Source: Synechococcus sp. A15-24
GTDB lineage: Bacteria; Cyanobacteriota; Cyanobacteriia; PCC-6307; Cyanobiaceae
Length of the DNA stretch: 32,000 bases
Assembly (NCBI RefSeq): GCF_014280195.1
Contig: NZ_CP047960.1
Span: 1,950,001 to 1,982,000, forward strand
Reading direction: 5' to 3'
Of this stretch, positions 22,446-30,731 are shown one piece after another. The notes under the pieces were generated by a model. It did no database searches, had not been told where the DNA came from, and saw only the letters and a list, made by a program, of their open reading frames with translations. Position 1 is the first letter of the stretch, and each line of letters begins with the position of its first letter. The translations under genes were made by a program, and so were the position numbers.

Positions 22446-24023
22446 ATGATGCGCACCCTCTTTATCTATCCCGAGTTCCCGAAGACCTTCTGGAGTTACG
22501 AGAAGATCCTCGAGCTGGTGAACCGCAAGGTGCTGCTGCCCCCGCTGGGGATGGTGACGGTGGCGGCCCTGCTTCCCCAGGACTGGGAGATGAAGCTTGT
22601 GGACCGCAACGTGCGGGAAGTGACAGAGGAGGAATGGAACTGGGCGGAGATGGTGATCATCTCGGGGATGATCGTGCAGAAGGACGACATGGCCGTACAG
22701 ATCGGCAAGGCCAAGCAGCGGGGTTTGCCGGTGGCCATCGGCGGCCCCTTCGCCAGTTCAACGCCGGATGCACCGGAACTCGATCAGGCGGATTACAAGA
22801 TCCTCGATGAGGGTGAAATCACCCTGCCGATGTTCCTGGAGGCCCTGGAACGGGGTGAAACCAGCGGCCGCTTCACCGCTGAAGGCGACAAGCCGGATGT
22901 GACCGCCACGCCGATCCCCCGGTTTGATCTGCTCGAGTTAGACGCCTACGACTCAATGAGCGTGCAGTTTTCGCGGGGCTGCCCGTTCAACTGCGAGTTC
23001 TGCGACATCATCGTGCTCTACGGCCGCAAACCGCGCACCAAGACCCCTGAGCAGTTGGTAGCGGAACTCCAGTCCCTCTATGACCTGGGCTGGCGCCGCT
23101 CGATCTTCCTGGTGGACGACAATTTCATCGGCAACAAGCGCAATGCCAAGTTGTTGCTGCCGCAGATCCGCACCTGGCAGGAGGAGCGCGGATATCCGTT
23201 CAGCTTCGCGACCGAGGCCTCCGTTGATCTGGCGGATGACAACGAGATGATGCGAATGATGCACGACGCCCGCTTTGAAAGCGTGTTTCTCGGCATCGAA
23301 ACCCCCGACGAATCGAGCCTCGAGACGGCCCGCAAGGTTCAGAACACCCGCAACCCCCTTGATGCTGCGGTGGATCGGATCACCGCCAACGGCATCCGTG
23401 TGATGGCAGGCTTCATCATCGGTTTCGACGGTGAGAAGGATGGTGCAGGCCACCGCATCGTTGATTTCGTGACCCGTACCGGCATTCCCGCCGCAATGAT
23501 GGGCATGTTGCAGGCGCTTCCCAAAACCGCACTTTGGGCGCGTCTGGAGAAGGAAGGCCGCCTGATCCAGGGAGAAGATGCCGCCAAGGGCGTGAATCAG
23601 ACCAACCTGCTGAATTTCAAACCAACTCGTCCGATCCGTGATATCGCCAATGAATACGTTGATGCGTTCTGCGCGCTGTACGAACCCAATGCCTACATGG
23701 ATCGGGTGTACAGCTACTACCTGAAGATGGGCGCCCCCCGCTGGAAGGCGGCTGCCAAATTGCCCACTTTGACGGATATCAAAGCTCTGAGCACTGTGAT
23801 CTGGCGACAGGGCATCAAGCGCGACACCCGGAGTCGCTTCTGGAAGTACATGCTGGGAATGGCCCGCCAGAACCCGGCATTGCTGGAGCAGTTCCTGGTC
23901 GTGCTGGCCCACAACGAGCACTTCCTCGAGTACCGCTCGATCGTGCAGCAGGAAATCCGCGAGCAGTTGGAATCACTTCCGCCTGAGGAACCCTCGGCGC
24001 AAAAGGAACTGCAGCCTGTTTAA
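22446..24023 (+). CDS. B12-binding-domain radical SAM protein (class B, DUF4070-type C-terminus)
   Basis: N-terminal cobalamin-binding-like fold (LLPPLGMVTVAALLP...VIISGM), CPFNCEFC (CxxxCxxC), and a long C-terminal extension. Confidence 0.85.
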   Translation: MMRTLFIYPEFPKTFWSYEKILELVNRKVLLPPLGMVTVAALLPQDWEMKLVDRNVREVTEEEWNWAEMVIISGMIVQKDDMAVQIGKAKQRGLPVAIGGPFASSTPDAPELDQADYKILDEGEITLPMFLEALERGETSGRFTAEGDKPDVTATPIPRFDLLELDAYDSMSVQFSRGCPFNCEFCDIIVLYGRKPRTKTPEQLVAELQSLYDLGWRRSIFLVDDNFIGNKRNAKLLLPQIRTWQEERGYPFSFATEASVDLADDNEMMRMMHDARFESVFLGIETPDESSLETARKVQNTRNPLDAAVDRITANGIRVMAGFIIGFDGEKDGAGHRIVDFVTRTGIPAAMMGMLQALPKTALWARLEKEGRLIQGEDAAKGVNQTNLLNFKPTRPIRDIANEYVDAFCALYEPNAYMDRVYSYYLKMGAPRWKAAAKLPTLTDIKALSTVIWRQGIKRDTRSRFWKYMLGMARQNPALLEQFLVVLAHNEHFLEYRSIVQQEIREQLESLPPEEPSAQKELQPV

Positions 24024-24026
24024 GGA

Positions 24027-24434
24027 TCAGTCCTGCACGTAGGCAGAGCCATCAAGCAGACACTGCTCGGCTTTCTGCAGTTCCCGCCCCAGATACAGAG
24101 CATGATCCAAACGGCTCAGCGGATGCGGCCCGCCCCCTTCGGTGAGTTGGATGCCGACTTGCTTGGCGCTGCAGCCGCGATAAATCCTTGAAGGTTGTCG
24201 GAGGCCATTGCCGCCTTTGCAGCTCAGCACCTCACCGGTGTCGGAATCCCGTGCCAGTCCCTTTTCATCAATGGTGTTGCAGTAGTGCTCGAGCACCAGC
24301 TCACCGGCATCAGCATCAACCTTGATCAGGAAGTAACCGCTGGGATCGAGCGCGATGAAGCGCTGGGAGAGGCGTTCATCCAAAGCATCAATGGCCGCAG
24401 CCAGCGATGCGGGGGCTTCAGGGGTCTTGACCAT
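24027..24434 (-). CDS. Conserved small protein, DUF4346-like
   Basis: 135 aa. ...DPSGYFLIKVD...LVLEHY...G..A......L..L..LDHALYLGRELQKAE resembles DUF4346 as I recall it. Family assignment is from memory only. Confidence 0.55.
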   Translation of the reverse strand: MVKTPEAPASLAAAIDALDERLSQRFIALDPSGYFLIKVDADAGELVLEHYCNTIDEKGLARDSDTGEVLSCKGGNGLRQPSRIYRGCSAKQVGIQLTEGGGPHPLSRLDHALYLGRELQKAEQCLLDGSAYVQD

Positions 24435-24443
24435 CTCTTTAAC

Positions 24444-25619
24444 TTACAAACTCAGCGATGGAGCATCCGCCTTGAAGGGCAGCTCCGCATTGATCGCTTC
24501 GATCTCCTCCAGCATCAAGCCATTCACCTTGGGCAGCCAAGCCCGAATCAAACTATCCATCTGCGGGTGATGCCAACGGTGCAGGCTGGCGTGGGGGCGG
24601 GCCACAAACCCCCGCCGCCGCTTATGGCTGCCGCCGGCCCCGGGATCAAAGCTGTCGATCCCTTGGCTGATCGCCCATTCAATCGGGGCGTAATAACAAA
24701 CCTCGAAGTGGAGACAGTCGATCTCCTCCTCGCTACCCCAGTAACGGCCCCAGAGGTGCTGGTCGTCGCGCACGCACATCGACATGGCGACGGGCTCGCG
24801 CGGATCACCGCGATGGGCCGCAAACAACACCACCTGCTCCCGGTGCAACCCCGCCAAAGCCTCGAAAAAACCCTGCTCCAAATACTTGCTGCCCCACGGC
24901 CCCCAGCGAGCGCAGTGCTGCTCATAAAAGCCATGCATGATCTGGAACAGCTCCAGATCCAACTGCTCTCCTGTGAGCGGAGTCACCATGAGCCCTGCCT
25001 TGGCCACCGCTTTGCGTTCCCGTTTGATGTTGCGGCGTTGGTTGGCGTTGAAGCCGTTGAGATAGTCGTCGAAGCTTTGATCGTCGCCTCGGCTCCAGAG
25101 GCTCTGCTGGTTCAGCCAGGTGGCACAGCCGGCCGCTTCCGCCAGCGGCCGCCACTGGGGATCCACGTAGAGAAAATTGCAGCTGAGGATGCTGTGGTGC
25201 TCGCAGAAGGCATCAATCGCCTGCAGCAGCACCGCTGTGAGCTCCGCTTCATCTTCACCGGGAAGCACGTGGAAGCGGTAGCCCAGCACCGGGCTCACCG
25301 GGCTCATTCCCAGCAGTTTCGGGTAATAACGCAGGCCCAGATCCCCGGCCAAACGGGCAAAGGTCTGGTCGAACACGAATTCGCCATAGCTGTGACCCTT
25401 GAGGTAAAGAGGCGCAACCGCAATGGGGATATCCTCACGCCACAAGGCCAGATGCAGCGGCTGCCAGCCCTGCTCCGGAACGATGCTGCCGGAGCTCTCC
25501 AGGGCCTCGAGCCAACTCCAGCGATAAAAGGGAATGGCCTGATTACCCACCAGCGCCTGCCAGTGCTTCTCGGGGATCTCCTGAATCGAACGGTGCCAGC
25601 GGGCCGTAAGTGACGACAT
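24444..25619 (-). CDS. FemAB-like / GNAT-fold protein (COG3146, former DUF482)
   Basis: ...W..L......PF....WL.ALE.SG....GW.P.HL........A..PLYLK.HSYGEFVFD..... is the typical COG3146 N-terminus. Ends 9 nt upstream of the DUF4346-like gene on the same strand. Confidence 0.75.
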   Translation of the reverse strand: MSSLTARWHRSIQEIPEKHWQALVGNQAIPFYRWSWLEALESSGSIVPEQGWQPLHLALWREDIPIAVAPLYLKGHSYGEFVFDQTFARLAGDLGLRYYPKLLGMSPVSPVLGYRFHVLPGEDEAELTAVLLQAIDAFCEHHSILSCNFLYVDPQWRPLAEAAGCATWLNQQSLWSRGDDQSFDDYLNGFNANQRRNIKRERKAVAKAGLMVTPLTGEQLDLELFQIMHGFYEQHCARWGPWGSKYLEQGFFEALAGLHREQVVLFAAHRGDPREPVAMSMCVRDDQHLWGRYWGSEEEIDCLHFEVCYYAPIEWAISQGIDSFDPGAGGSHKRRRGFVARPHASLHRWHHPQMDSLIRAWLPKVNGLMLEEIEAINAELPFKADAPSLSL

Positions 25620-25675
25620 CGGTGGTCTGCCGCAGGCAATACAGCAGACCTTAACCAGAGCCGTGGTTCCAGTGA

Positions 25676-26161
25676 TCAGGCCAGGGGATCAGTGACAACG
25701 GTGATCAACCGGGAGTCGAAATCGATGTCCAGGTCGTCCGCATCGAAATTCTTGATCACGGCTTTCACGTCGTCTCTTTTGATGACCCATACGTCATCTC
25801 CACGCTGTTCCAGAATTGTGGAGGGACAGCCGCAAAATTTGATGCTGTCACCAGTTTCAAAATCCATAATTTTGACGTGCCCCTTACCGCCGTCGACAGT
25901 CACAAAAACATCATTACCTTCACCACCCCATGCTTTATCATTACCTTCACCTGACGAGATAACATCATCGCCTGACCCGGCCTTTATTTTATCTCTACCA
26001 CCAGTGGTGTTGATGACATCATCACCACGCTTACCGATGATGACATCATTTCCATTGGTACCAATCAGTTCCTCGCCAAGCTTGGTGCCAACGATCTTAT
26101 TCTTCTTCTGCTCATGGGTGAGGCTCGAACGCTGGTGGATGGATGCACCTAATAGTAGGAG
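25676..26161 (-). CDS. RTX (hemolysin-type Ca-binding) repeat protein; start unresolved, possibly a frameshifted pseudogene
   Basis: The open frame 26161..25676 encodes six exact 9-residue xxxGxDxUx units (GTNGNDVII GKRGDDVIN TTGGRDKIK AGSGDDVIS SGEGNDKAW GGEGNDVFV) and then a 75-aa C-terminal domain. The first canonical in-frame start is GTG 25903, after the repeats. The region is about 42-45% GC. Confidence 0.6.
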   Translation of the reverse strand, partial: LLLLGASIHQRSSLTHEQKKNKIVGTKLGEELIGTNGNDVIIGKRGDDVINTTGGRDKIKAGSGDDVISSGEGNDKAWGGEGNDVFVTVDGGKGHVKIMDFETGDSIKFCGCPSTILEQRGDDVWVIKRDDVKAVIKNFDADDLDIDFDSRLITVVTDPLA

Positions 26162-26217
26162 TCATAATCAATTCCACATCCCTCAGTTGAGGGATACAAA
26201 CTGTTCTCAGATCTGTT

Positions 26218-26895
26218 TCAGCCTCGCTGCCGCTGATAGCTGAGCATCAGTTCATTCCCCCCAAGAGGCCTTGCCTCCAGCAACTGCCAGGCCCCATCCA
26301 AGGCCAGACCTTCTGGCAGAGCTGCAACCCCCTGTGGCAACCAACTGTGGTCCCCCCCCAGCAGCCTGGGCACCAGGGTGAGCTGCAACTGATCAACAGC
26401 ATCAGCCTGCAAGAGATCTGCCGTGAGCCGCGCACCGCCGAGCAGAACCAGGCGCTCCACACCCAGCGCAGCCAAACGGCCCAACCGCTCGTTCCAGCAA
26501 TCTCCTAGCGGTAACCAGCGATCAAATCCCTGGGCGGCAGCCGCTGGTGCCAGCAGCCAACGCTGCAGTGGCTGCTGAAAAAACCGCCAATTCATTGGAA
26601 AACCATTGCCATGGCTGACCACCACAGCAATCGGTTGCTCTCCACGGCCCTCACGCAATCGCTGGTCGATCAGATCGGCATTGCGGATCAGACAGGTGCA
26701 TTGATGGGCCCGCAGGGTGCCGGCACCGATCAGACAGGCATCAGCCCAGGCCAAGGCCTGCTCCAGAACGGCCCGATCACCCTCACCACCAAGCTGTGAG
26801 GCACCGCCCTCAGCCGGTGCAAGCCGGCCATCAAGGCTGACGGCCAGCACCAACCGAACATGAGGACGTTGCGTCGGACGATCAGACGGCAGCAA
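26218..26895 (-). CDS. RibD C-terminal-domain (DHFR-like fold) reductase family protein
   Basis: VRLVLAVSLDGRLA........LGGEGDR..L...LAWADA.LIGAGTLR... and ...LVLLGGARL...L......D.L.LT..P.LLGG are typical of the RibD_C / pyrimidine reductase family. No deaminase domain is present. Confidence 0.75.
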   Translation of the reverse strand: MLPSDRPTQRPHVRLVLAVSLDGRLAPAEGGASQLGGEGDRAVLEQALAWADACLIGAGTLRAHQCTCLIRNADLIDQRLREGRGEQPIAVVVSHGNGFPMNWRFFQQPLQRWLLAPAAAAQGFDRWLPLGDCWNERLGRLAALGVERLVLLGGARLTADLLQADAVDQLQLTLVPRLLGGDHSWLPQGVAALPEGLALDGAWQLLEARPLGGNELMLSYQRQRG

Positions 26896-27802
26896 CCGAC
26901 TCCAAAGCAGCCGGCATCAGGTCCAACTGAGGGGTCTCGGCGTAGACCTCAGCGGCGTTGTTGGGGCTTTCCTGCAAACGAATCTTGTGCAGATGGGCTC
27001 CTATCGCTTTTACCGGTGTGCTGAGCCGGTCGGCGATGTGCAGGGCGATGTTCTCGGCCGTCGGCACACATTCAGCGAAGAAGGGAACGTCCTTATTGAG
27101 GAAGGTGTGGTCAAAAGGCTCCACCACCAGATCATCCACCAGGCGCTGGAGAGCGGAAAGATCGCAAACCATTCCCGTGCGGGGATCGATCTCACCACGC
27201 ACGGTCACATCCACCAGGTAGTTGTGGCCGTGGCCATGGGGCCTGGCGCACTTGCCGTAGATCGCTTCGTTCTCCTCCTGGCTCAGCTCAGGGCGGGCCA
27301 AACGGTGAGCAGCGGCGAAATGGGTGCGGATGGTGAGGAAGGCGTCCATGGGATGTCCGAGGTAGTCGGCCCAAAGGCCCGGTTGTTCGTAAAGGCGCAA
27401 TGCCGTGATCGGCAGATGCGGGCTGAGGCGCTGCCAGATCACCCGCACCAGCGCTTCGGTGGTGGGCAGACAGCCAGAGGGGCCCGATACATCGAATTCC
27501 GGCCAGGCCTCATTGAGGAAGCGGAAGTCCAGTTGGCCCGTCACGTCCTGGCGGATGGCGTGCTTCACCTCCGAGAGATTGAGCACCATCCCATCGGCAT
27601 CGAGGCCGCCGGCCATGGACACGATCAGCTCGTAGTTGTGGCCATGGCCAGGGGCGATAGCGCAGGGCCCGAAGCGAGCCGCGTTGTCGTCCGCCGACAG
27701 CTCCGGCAGCCAATAACGGTGGCTGGCACTGAAACAGGCCCGCCGCGTGATCACGCAGCCGCGACCTTGGCCGTGGCGTGGTGGTGACTTCGTTTCAGTC
27801 AT
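26882..27802 (-). CDS. Fused tandem 6-pyruvoyl-tetrahydropterin synthase / QueD-family (COG0720) protein
   Basis: Two complete PTPS-like halves. Half 1 has FSASHRY...GPCAIAPGHGHNYEL...DHRFLN-like DFRFLN. Half 2 has FAAAHRL...GKCARPHGHGHNYLV...DHTFLN. Its 3' end overlaps the RibD_C-like start by 14 nt. Confidence 0.85.
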   Translation of the reverse strand: MTETKSPPRHGQGRGCVITRRACFSASHRYWLPELSADDNAARFGPCAIAPGHGHNYELIVSMAGGLDADGMVLNLSEVKHAIRQDVTGQLDFRFLNEAWPEFDVSGPSGCLPTTEALVRVIWQRLSPHLPITALRLYEQPGLWADYLGHPMDAFLTIRTHFAAAHRLARPELSQEENEAIYGKCARPHGHGHNYLVDVTVRGEIDPRTGMVCDLSALQRLVDDLVVEPFDHTFLNKDVPFFAECVPTAENIALHIADRLSTPVKAIGAHLHKIRLQESPNNAAEVYAETPQLDLMPAALESVAAV

Positions 27803-27853
27803 GTGACGTTCCGGCCCCGAGGCATCCTAATGAGCTAACGGCGATCTCGAGCC

Positions 27854-28429
27854 ATGTCGGACCCAATTCCCTCCCTGAAGCAGCGCCTGGGCGGTCGCAG
27901 CCTGTATCTGGTGGGGATGATGGGCAGCGGCAAAACCAGCACCGGTCGCCCCCTGGCGGAACGACTGGGGTATGGCTTTGTGGATGCCGATGCCGTGATA
28001 GAGCAGGCCGCCGGCTGCAGCATTCCGGAGATTTTTGAGCGGGACGGTGAAGCAGGGTTCCGGGCCCTGGAAAGCCAGGTGCTCAACGCCATCAGCCAAC
28101 GTCACTCCCTGGTGGTGGCCACCGGCGGTGGAGTGGTCACGCAACAGGAGAACTGGGGGCTGTTGCACAGTGGCGTCGTGATCTGGCTGGATGTGGTGCC
28201 AGAGCAACTCATGCAACGCCTCAAAGCGGACAGCACCGTGCGGCCGCTGCTCCAAACCGTCGATCCAGACGCTGCGCTCAACACGCTGCTCAACCAACGC
28301 AGGCCCTTTTATGCGGAGGCCGATCTCACCGTGGTCATCGACCAAGAAACGCCCGACGCCGTCACCGACGAGATCCTGCAATTGCTGCCCAGCCTGCTGA
28401 AAGATCCGACCCAGCGCCGAACCGACTGA
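27854..28429 (+). CDS. aroK: Shikimate kinase
   Basis: P-loop [17 protein letters not shown], ...IF...GE..FR..E... and VVATGGG. Confidence 0.92.
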   Translation: MSDPIPSLKQRLGGRSLYLVGMMGSGKTSTGRPLAERLGYGFVDADAVIEQAAGCSIPEIFERDGEAGFRALESQVLNAISQRHSLVVATGGGVVTQQENWGLLHSGVVIWLDVVPEQLMQRLKADSTVRPLLQTVDPDAALNTLLNQRRPFYAEADLTVVIDQETPDAVTDEILQLLPSLLKDPTQRRTD

Positions 28430-28431
28430 GC

Positions 28432-28695
28432 TCAAGCCGTTGGCGGCTCCAACCGCACCGCAAACCACTGCAGGGTCACCCCAGGGCTGATCTCCAGATC
28501 ACAGGCGGTATCGATCAACCGCTGCGCCGCTGCATCCAGATCGGGTTGATCCGCCAGATCGGCCGGCAACTGATCCAGGCTCCGCAACCAACCGCTCAGC
28601 CATGTCAACGTATCGGCGGCGCTGAGCAGCTGCTCCGGCTTGCCGGGCTCCAGCACCACATAGTCATCAAGGGCACGGATCAGGGGATCAGACAT
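28432..28695 (-). CDS. Hypothetical acidic 87-aa protein
   Basis: I chose the internal ATG 28695 ([19 protein letters not shown]...). The track ORF extends to 28800. I recognise no family. Convergent with aroK, with 2 nt between the stops. Confidence 0.45.
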   Translation of the reverse strand: MSDPLIRALDDYVVLEPGKPEQLLSAADTLTWLSGWLRSLDQLPADLADQPDLDAAAQRLIDTACDLEISPGVTLQWFAVRLEPPTA

Positions 28696-29371
28696 GGAAC
28701 GGCGCGTGTGGATGCTGCTGATCAGCCTCACCATCCTGCTCAGTGGCGGTCCCGCCTGGGCACAAAGCAGCCTGGAGCAACGGCTAAACAGCTGGCCCAA
28801 CTGGAGCCTGCCGGCACCATTGCCGCGGCCGTCGAATCGGGACGATTTGATCTATCCCGAATGGTTTGCCGGGCTCTGGCAGGTGGAGAGCATCGATCTC
28901 GATGCCCCAGGCGACCCACCGCTGCTGCACCAGGCACGGTTTGAAACGGATCGCCGCGGCCGGCTCGTCGGCGATCGCAGCTTCAATGCCACCGCCATCG
29001 GCCGCGCCTTACTCGGGGAGCAGCTGCTGCGGGTGGAGGACGACCCCGACTCCGCCAACCGTCAGATCACCCGACTCAAAGGAGATCTGTACCTTGAAAC
29101 CACGGTGACGGGCCGCCGTCAGGACTCCCCGACGGCCGACACCTTCCTGGCCGATGAACTGGTGCTGCAGATCCTGCACACCCCCGGAGCACCGCGACTC
29201 AGCCGGATCGAAACCCTCAGCCGCTATAGCCGCTGCGATGACGCCATCTGCGCCGAACAGTGGCAGGGGCGCTATGCCTCCCCGGGAGAAAGCCTGCGGG
29301 ATCAGGCCGTCGCCCATCACCACTACCACCTGCGCTTCACACCTCTTCCAGGGTCCGCTCCATCAATTTGA
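28694..29371 (+). CDS. Hypothetical secreted protein
   Basis: Signal peptide [23 protein letters not shown]|QSS, then a soluble domain. No motif that I recognise. Confidence 0.6.
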   Translation: MERRVWMLLISLTILLSGGPAWAQSSLEQRLNSWPNWSLPAPLPRPSNRDDLIYPEWFAGLWQVESIDLDAPGDPPLLHQARFETDRRGRLVGDRSFNATAIGRALLGEQLLRVEDDPDSANRQITRLKGDLYLETTVTGRRQDSPTADTFLADELVLQILHTPGAPRLSRIETLSRYSRCDDAICAEQWQGRYASPGESLRDQAVAHHHYHLRFTPLPGSAPSI

Positions 29372-30077
29372 GCTCGATCTGATCACGCCACTGGAACAGC
29401 GGCTGCAGCTTGGGGTGATCGCTCAGACCCGGAACCCCCTTGCCAGCAAGAGCCGCACCGGCGGACGAGGGGAAGCGCAGCAACGACAGCTGAGCAGCCA
29501 CGGCGATATCCGCCAGGGTCATGCTGTCGCCCACCAGCCAGGGGGACGCCTCAACCGAGGCCGCCAACTGGTCCAGGCTCGCCAGCAGCTCAGCACGCTC
29601 GCCCTGGTTCACCAGTTCGGTGACGTTGTTCACCCACCCGCCGGGGATGGCTCCCATCACCGACCGCACGGGGTCGGGCAGGTCATCGGGCAACAGCGCC
29701 ACTCGCAACTCTGGATCCAGCGCCGCCGCCTGCACCAGGGCCGTGCGACCGGCCATTGCCAGGGTGGTGTCAGCCCAGTCTTCGATCAGGTGCATCTGAG
29801 CGGCCTGACGCGGATCAGCAGGAATCAGCGCCGGATCCGCTTCGCGCTGTTCCAGATGACGGGCAATGGCAGAAGAATCAGCAATCACCTGATCGCCATC
29901 CACGAGCACCGGCACCTGCCGTTGCCCCGAAAGGCGGAACACCGCCACCTGACCGATGCCCGGCGTCACCTCCACAGTGCGGAAGCTGAGCCCTTTGGCC
30001 TGCAGCACCATCCGTACCTTCAGGCAGAAGGCGGAGTGGCGGAATTGATGGAGCTCCAGCATGGCCAATGGATCCAT
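29337..30077 (-). CDS. Glutathione S-transferase family protein
   Basis: [35 protein letters not shown]......[29 protein letters not shown] is a GST N-terminal thioredoxin-like fold. ATG 30077 or 30062 are possible starts. The track start 30146 overlaps ycf33. Confidence 0.8.
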   Translation of the reverse strand: MDPLAMLELHQFRHSAFCLKVRMVLQAKGLSFRTVEVTPGIGQVAVFRLSGQRQVPVLVDGDQVIADSSAIARHLEQREADPALIPADPRQAAQMHLIEDWADTTLAMAGRTALVQAAALDPELRVALLPDDLPDPVRSVMGAIPGGWVNNVTELVNQGERAELLASLDQLAASVEASPWLVGDSMTLADIAVAAQLSLLRFPSSAGAALAGKGVPGLSDHPKLQPLFQWRDQIELKLMERTLEEV

Positions 30078-30120
30078 GGGCCCGGCAGAGTAGCCAGCAG
30101 ATTCCACCAGTCGCCAGCAC

Positions 30121-30327
30121 ATGCGGGAGTTCTTCCTCAACGTCACCCGCTACCCCCGCTATCTGGTGGCGTTCACCTTGGGCGTGATGAATTCCGTCGC
30201 AGAGCCCCTGGCCCGGCGGCGCAGCAATCCCGTCACCGCCGTGGCCTTGATCGGTGCCCTGATCAGCGGTTTCATCAGCCTAAGCCTGGTGCTGCGTGCC
30301 ATGGTGACCTCAGCACCGATGGCGTGA
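30121..30327 (+). CDS. ycf33: Ycf33 / DUF751 small membrane protein
   Basis: [26 protein letters not shown]... has a Ycf33-like N-terminus and two hydrophobic segments. The stop overlaps the rbfA ATG (TGATG). Confidence 0.7.
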   Translation: MREFFLNVTRYPRYLVAFTLGVMNSVAEPLARRRSNPVTAVALIGALISGFISLSLVLRAMVTSAPMA

Positions 30328-30731
30328 TGGCACAGGGGCGTCGAGTCGAGCGGGTGGCGGCCCTGATCCGCAAGGAAACCAGTGAACTGCTGATCAATGG
30401 CATCCGCGACGAACGGGTGCATCAGGGGATGGTCAGCATCACCAACGTGGAGGTCTCCGGTGATCTGCAGCACTGCAAGATCTTCGTGAGCATCTTTGGC
30501 GATGAGGCCAGCCAACCGCAGGTGATGGAAGGGTTGCAGGCCGCCAGCGGCTATCTGAAGGGAGAACTCGGCCGGCGGCTGCAGATGCGTCGCGCACCGG
30601 ATGTGGTGTTCCAGCTGGACCGCGGCATCGAGAGGGGCACCTCGGTGCTGGGTCTGCTCAACAAACTCGAGGACGAGCGCAAGGAGCGAGGGGAGATCCC
30701 GGCGGGAAGCGATGAGCTGCCGGCCGAGTGA
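30327..30731 (+). CDS. rbfA: Ribosome-binding factor A
   Basis: [22 protein letters not shown]...D.R.....VSIT.VEVSGDL.HCKIFVS.......L......L..ASG.L...LG.R...R..P...F. This is the real gene inside the 525-aa track ORF 29154..30731. Confidence 0.9.
   Translation: MAQGRRVERVAALIRKETSELLINGIRDERVHQGMVSITNVEVSGDLQHCKIFVSIFGDEASQPQVMEGLQAASGYLKGELGRRLQMRRAPDVVFQLDRGIERGTSVLGLLNKLEDERKERGEIPAGSDELPAE

Noticed and set aside
22423-22449. 8-codon upstream ORF (MFDPPRPR) whose TGA overlaps the ATG of the B12 radical SAM gene. Considered as a leader peptide or RiPP-like precursor.
   Set aside because: It is too short and has no ribosome-binding context or recognisable core/leader features. Such overlaps arise by chance at this GC content, so I could not support it from sequence alone.
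25692-26243. 183-aa plus-strand ORF rich in Ser/Pro/Thr/Leu across the low-GC islet.
   Set aside because: It is the antisense reading of the RTX repeats, and its periodic S/P pattern mirrors the GGxGxD codons. The minus-strand frame has a real, phased protein-repeat signature. This ORF also overlaps the RibD_C-like gene's 3' end.
29154-30326. The first 391 codons of the 525-aa track ORF 29154..30731.
   Set aside because: Only the last 134 codons (from ATG 30327) look like a protein (RbfA). The upstream part is antisense to the GST gene and out of frame across ycf33, with Arg/Pro/His-rich low-complexity translation.
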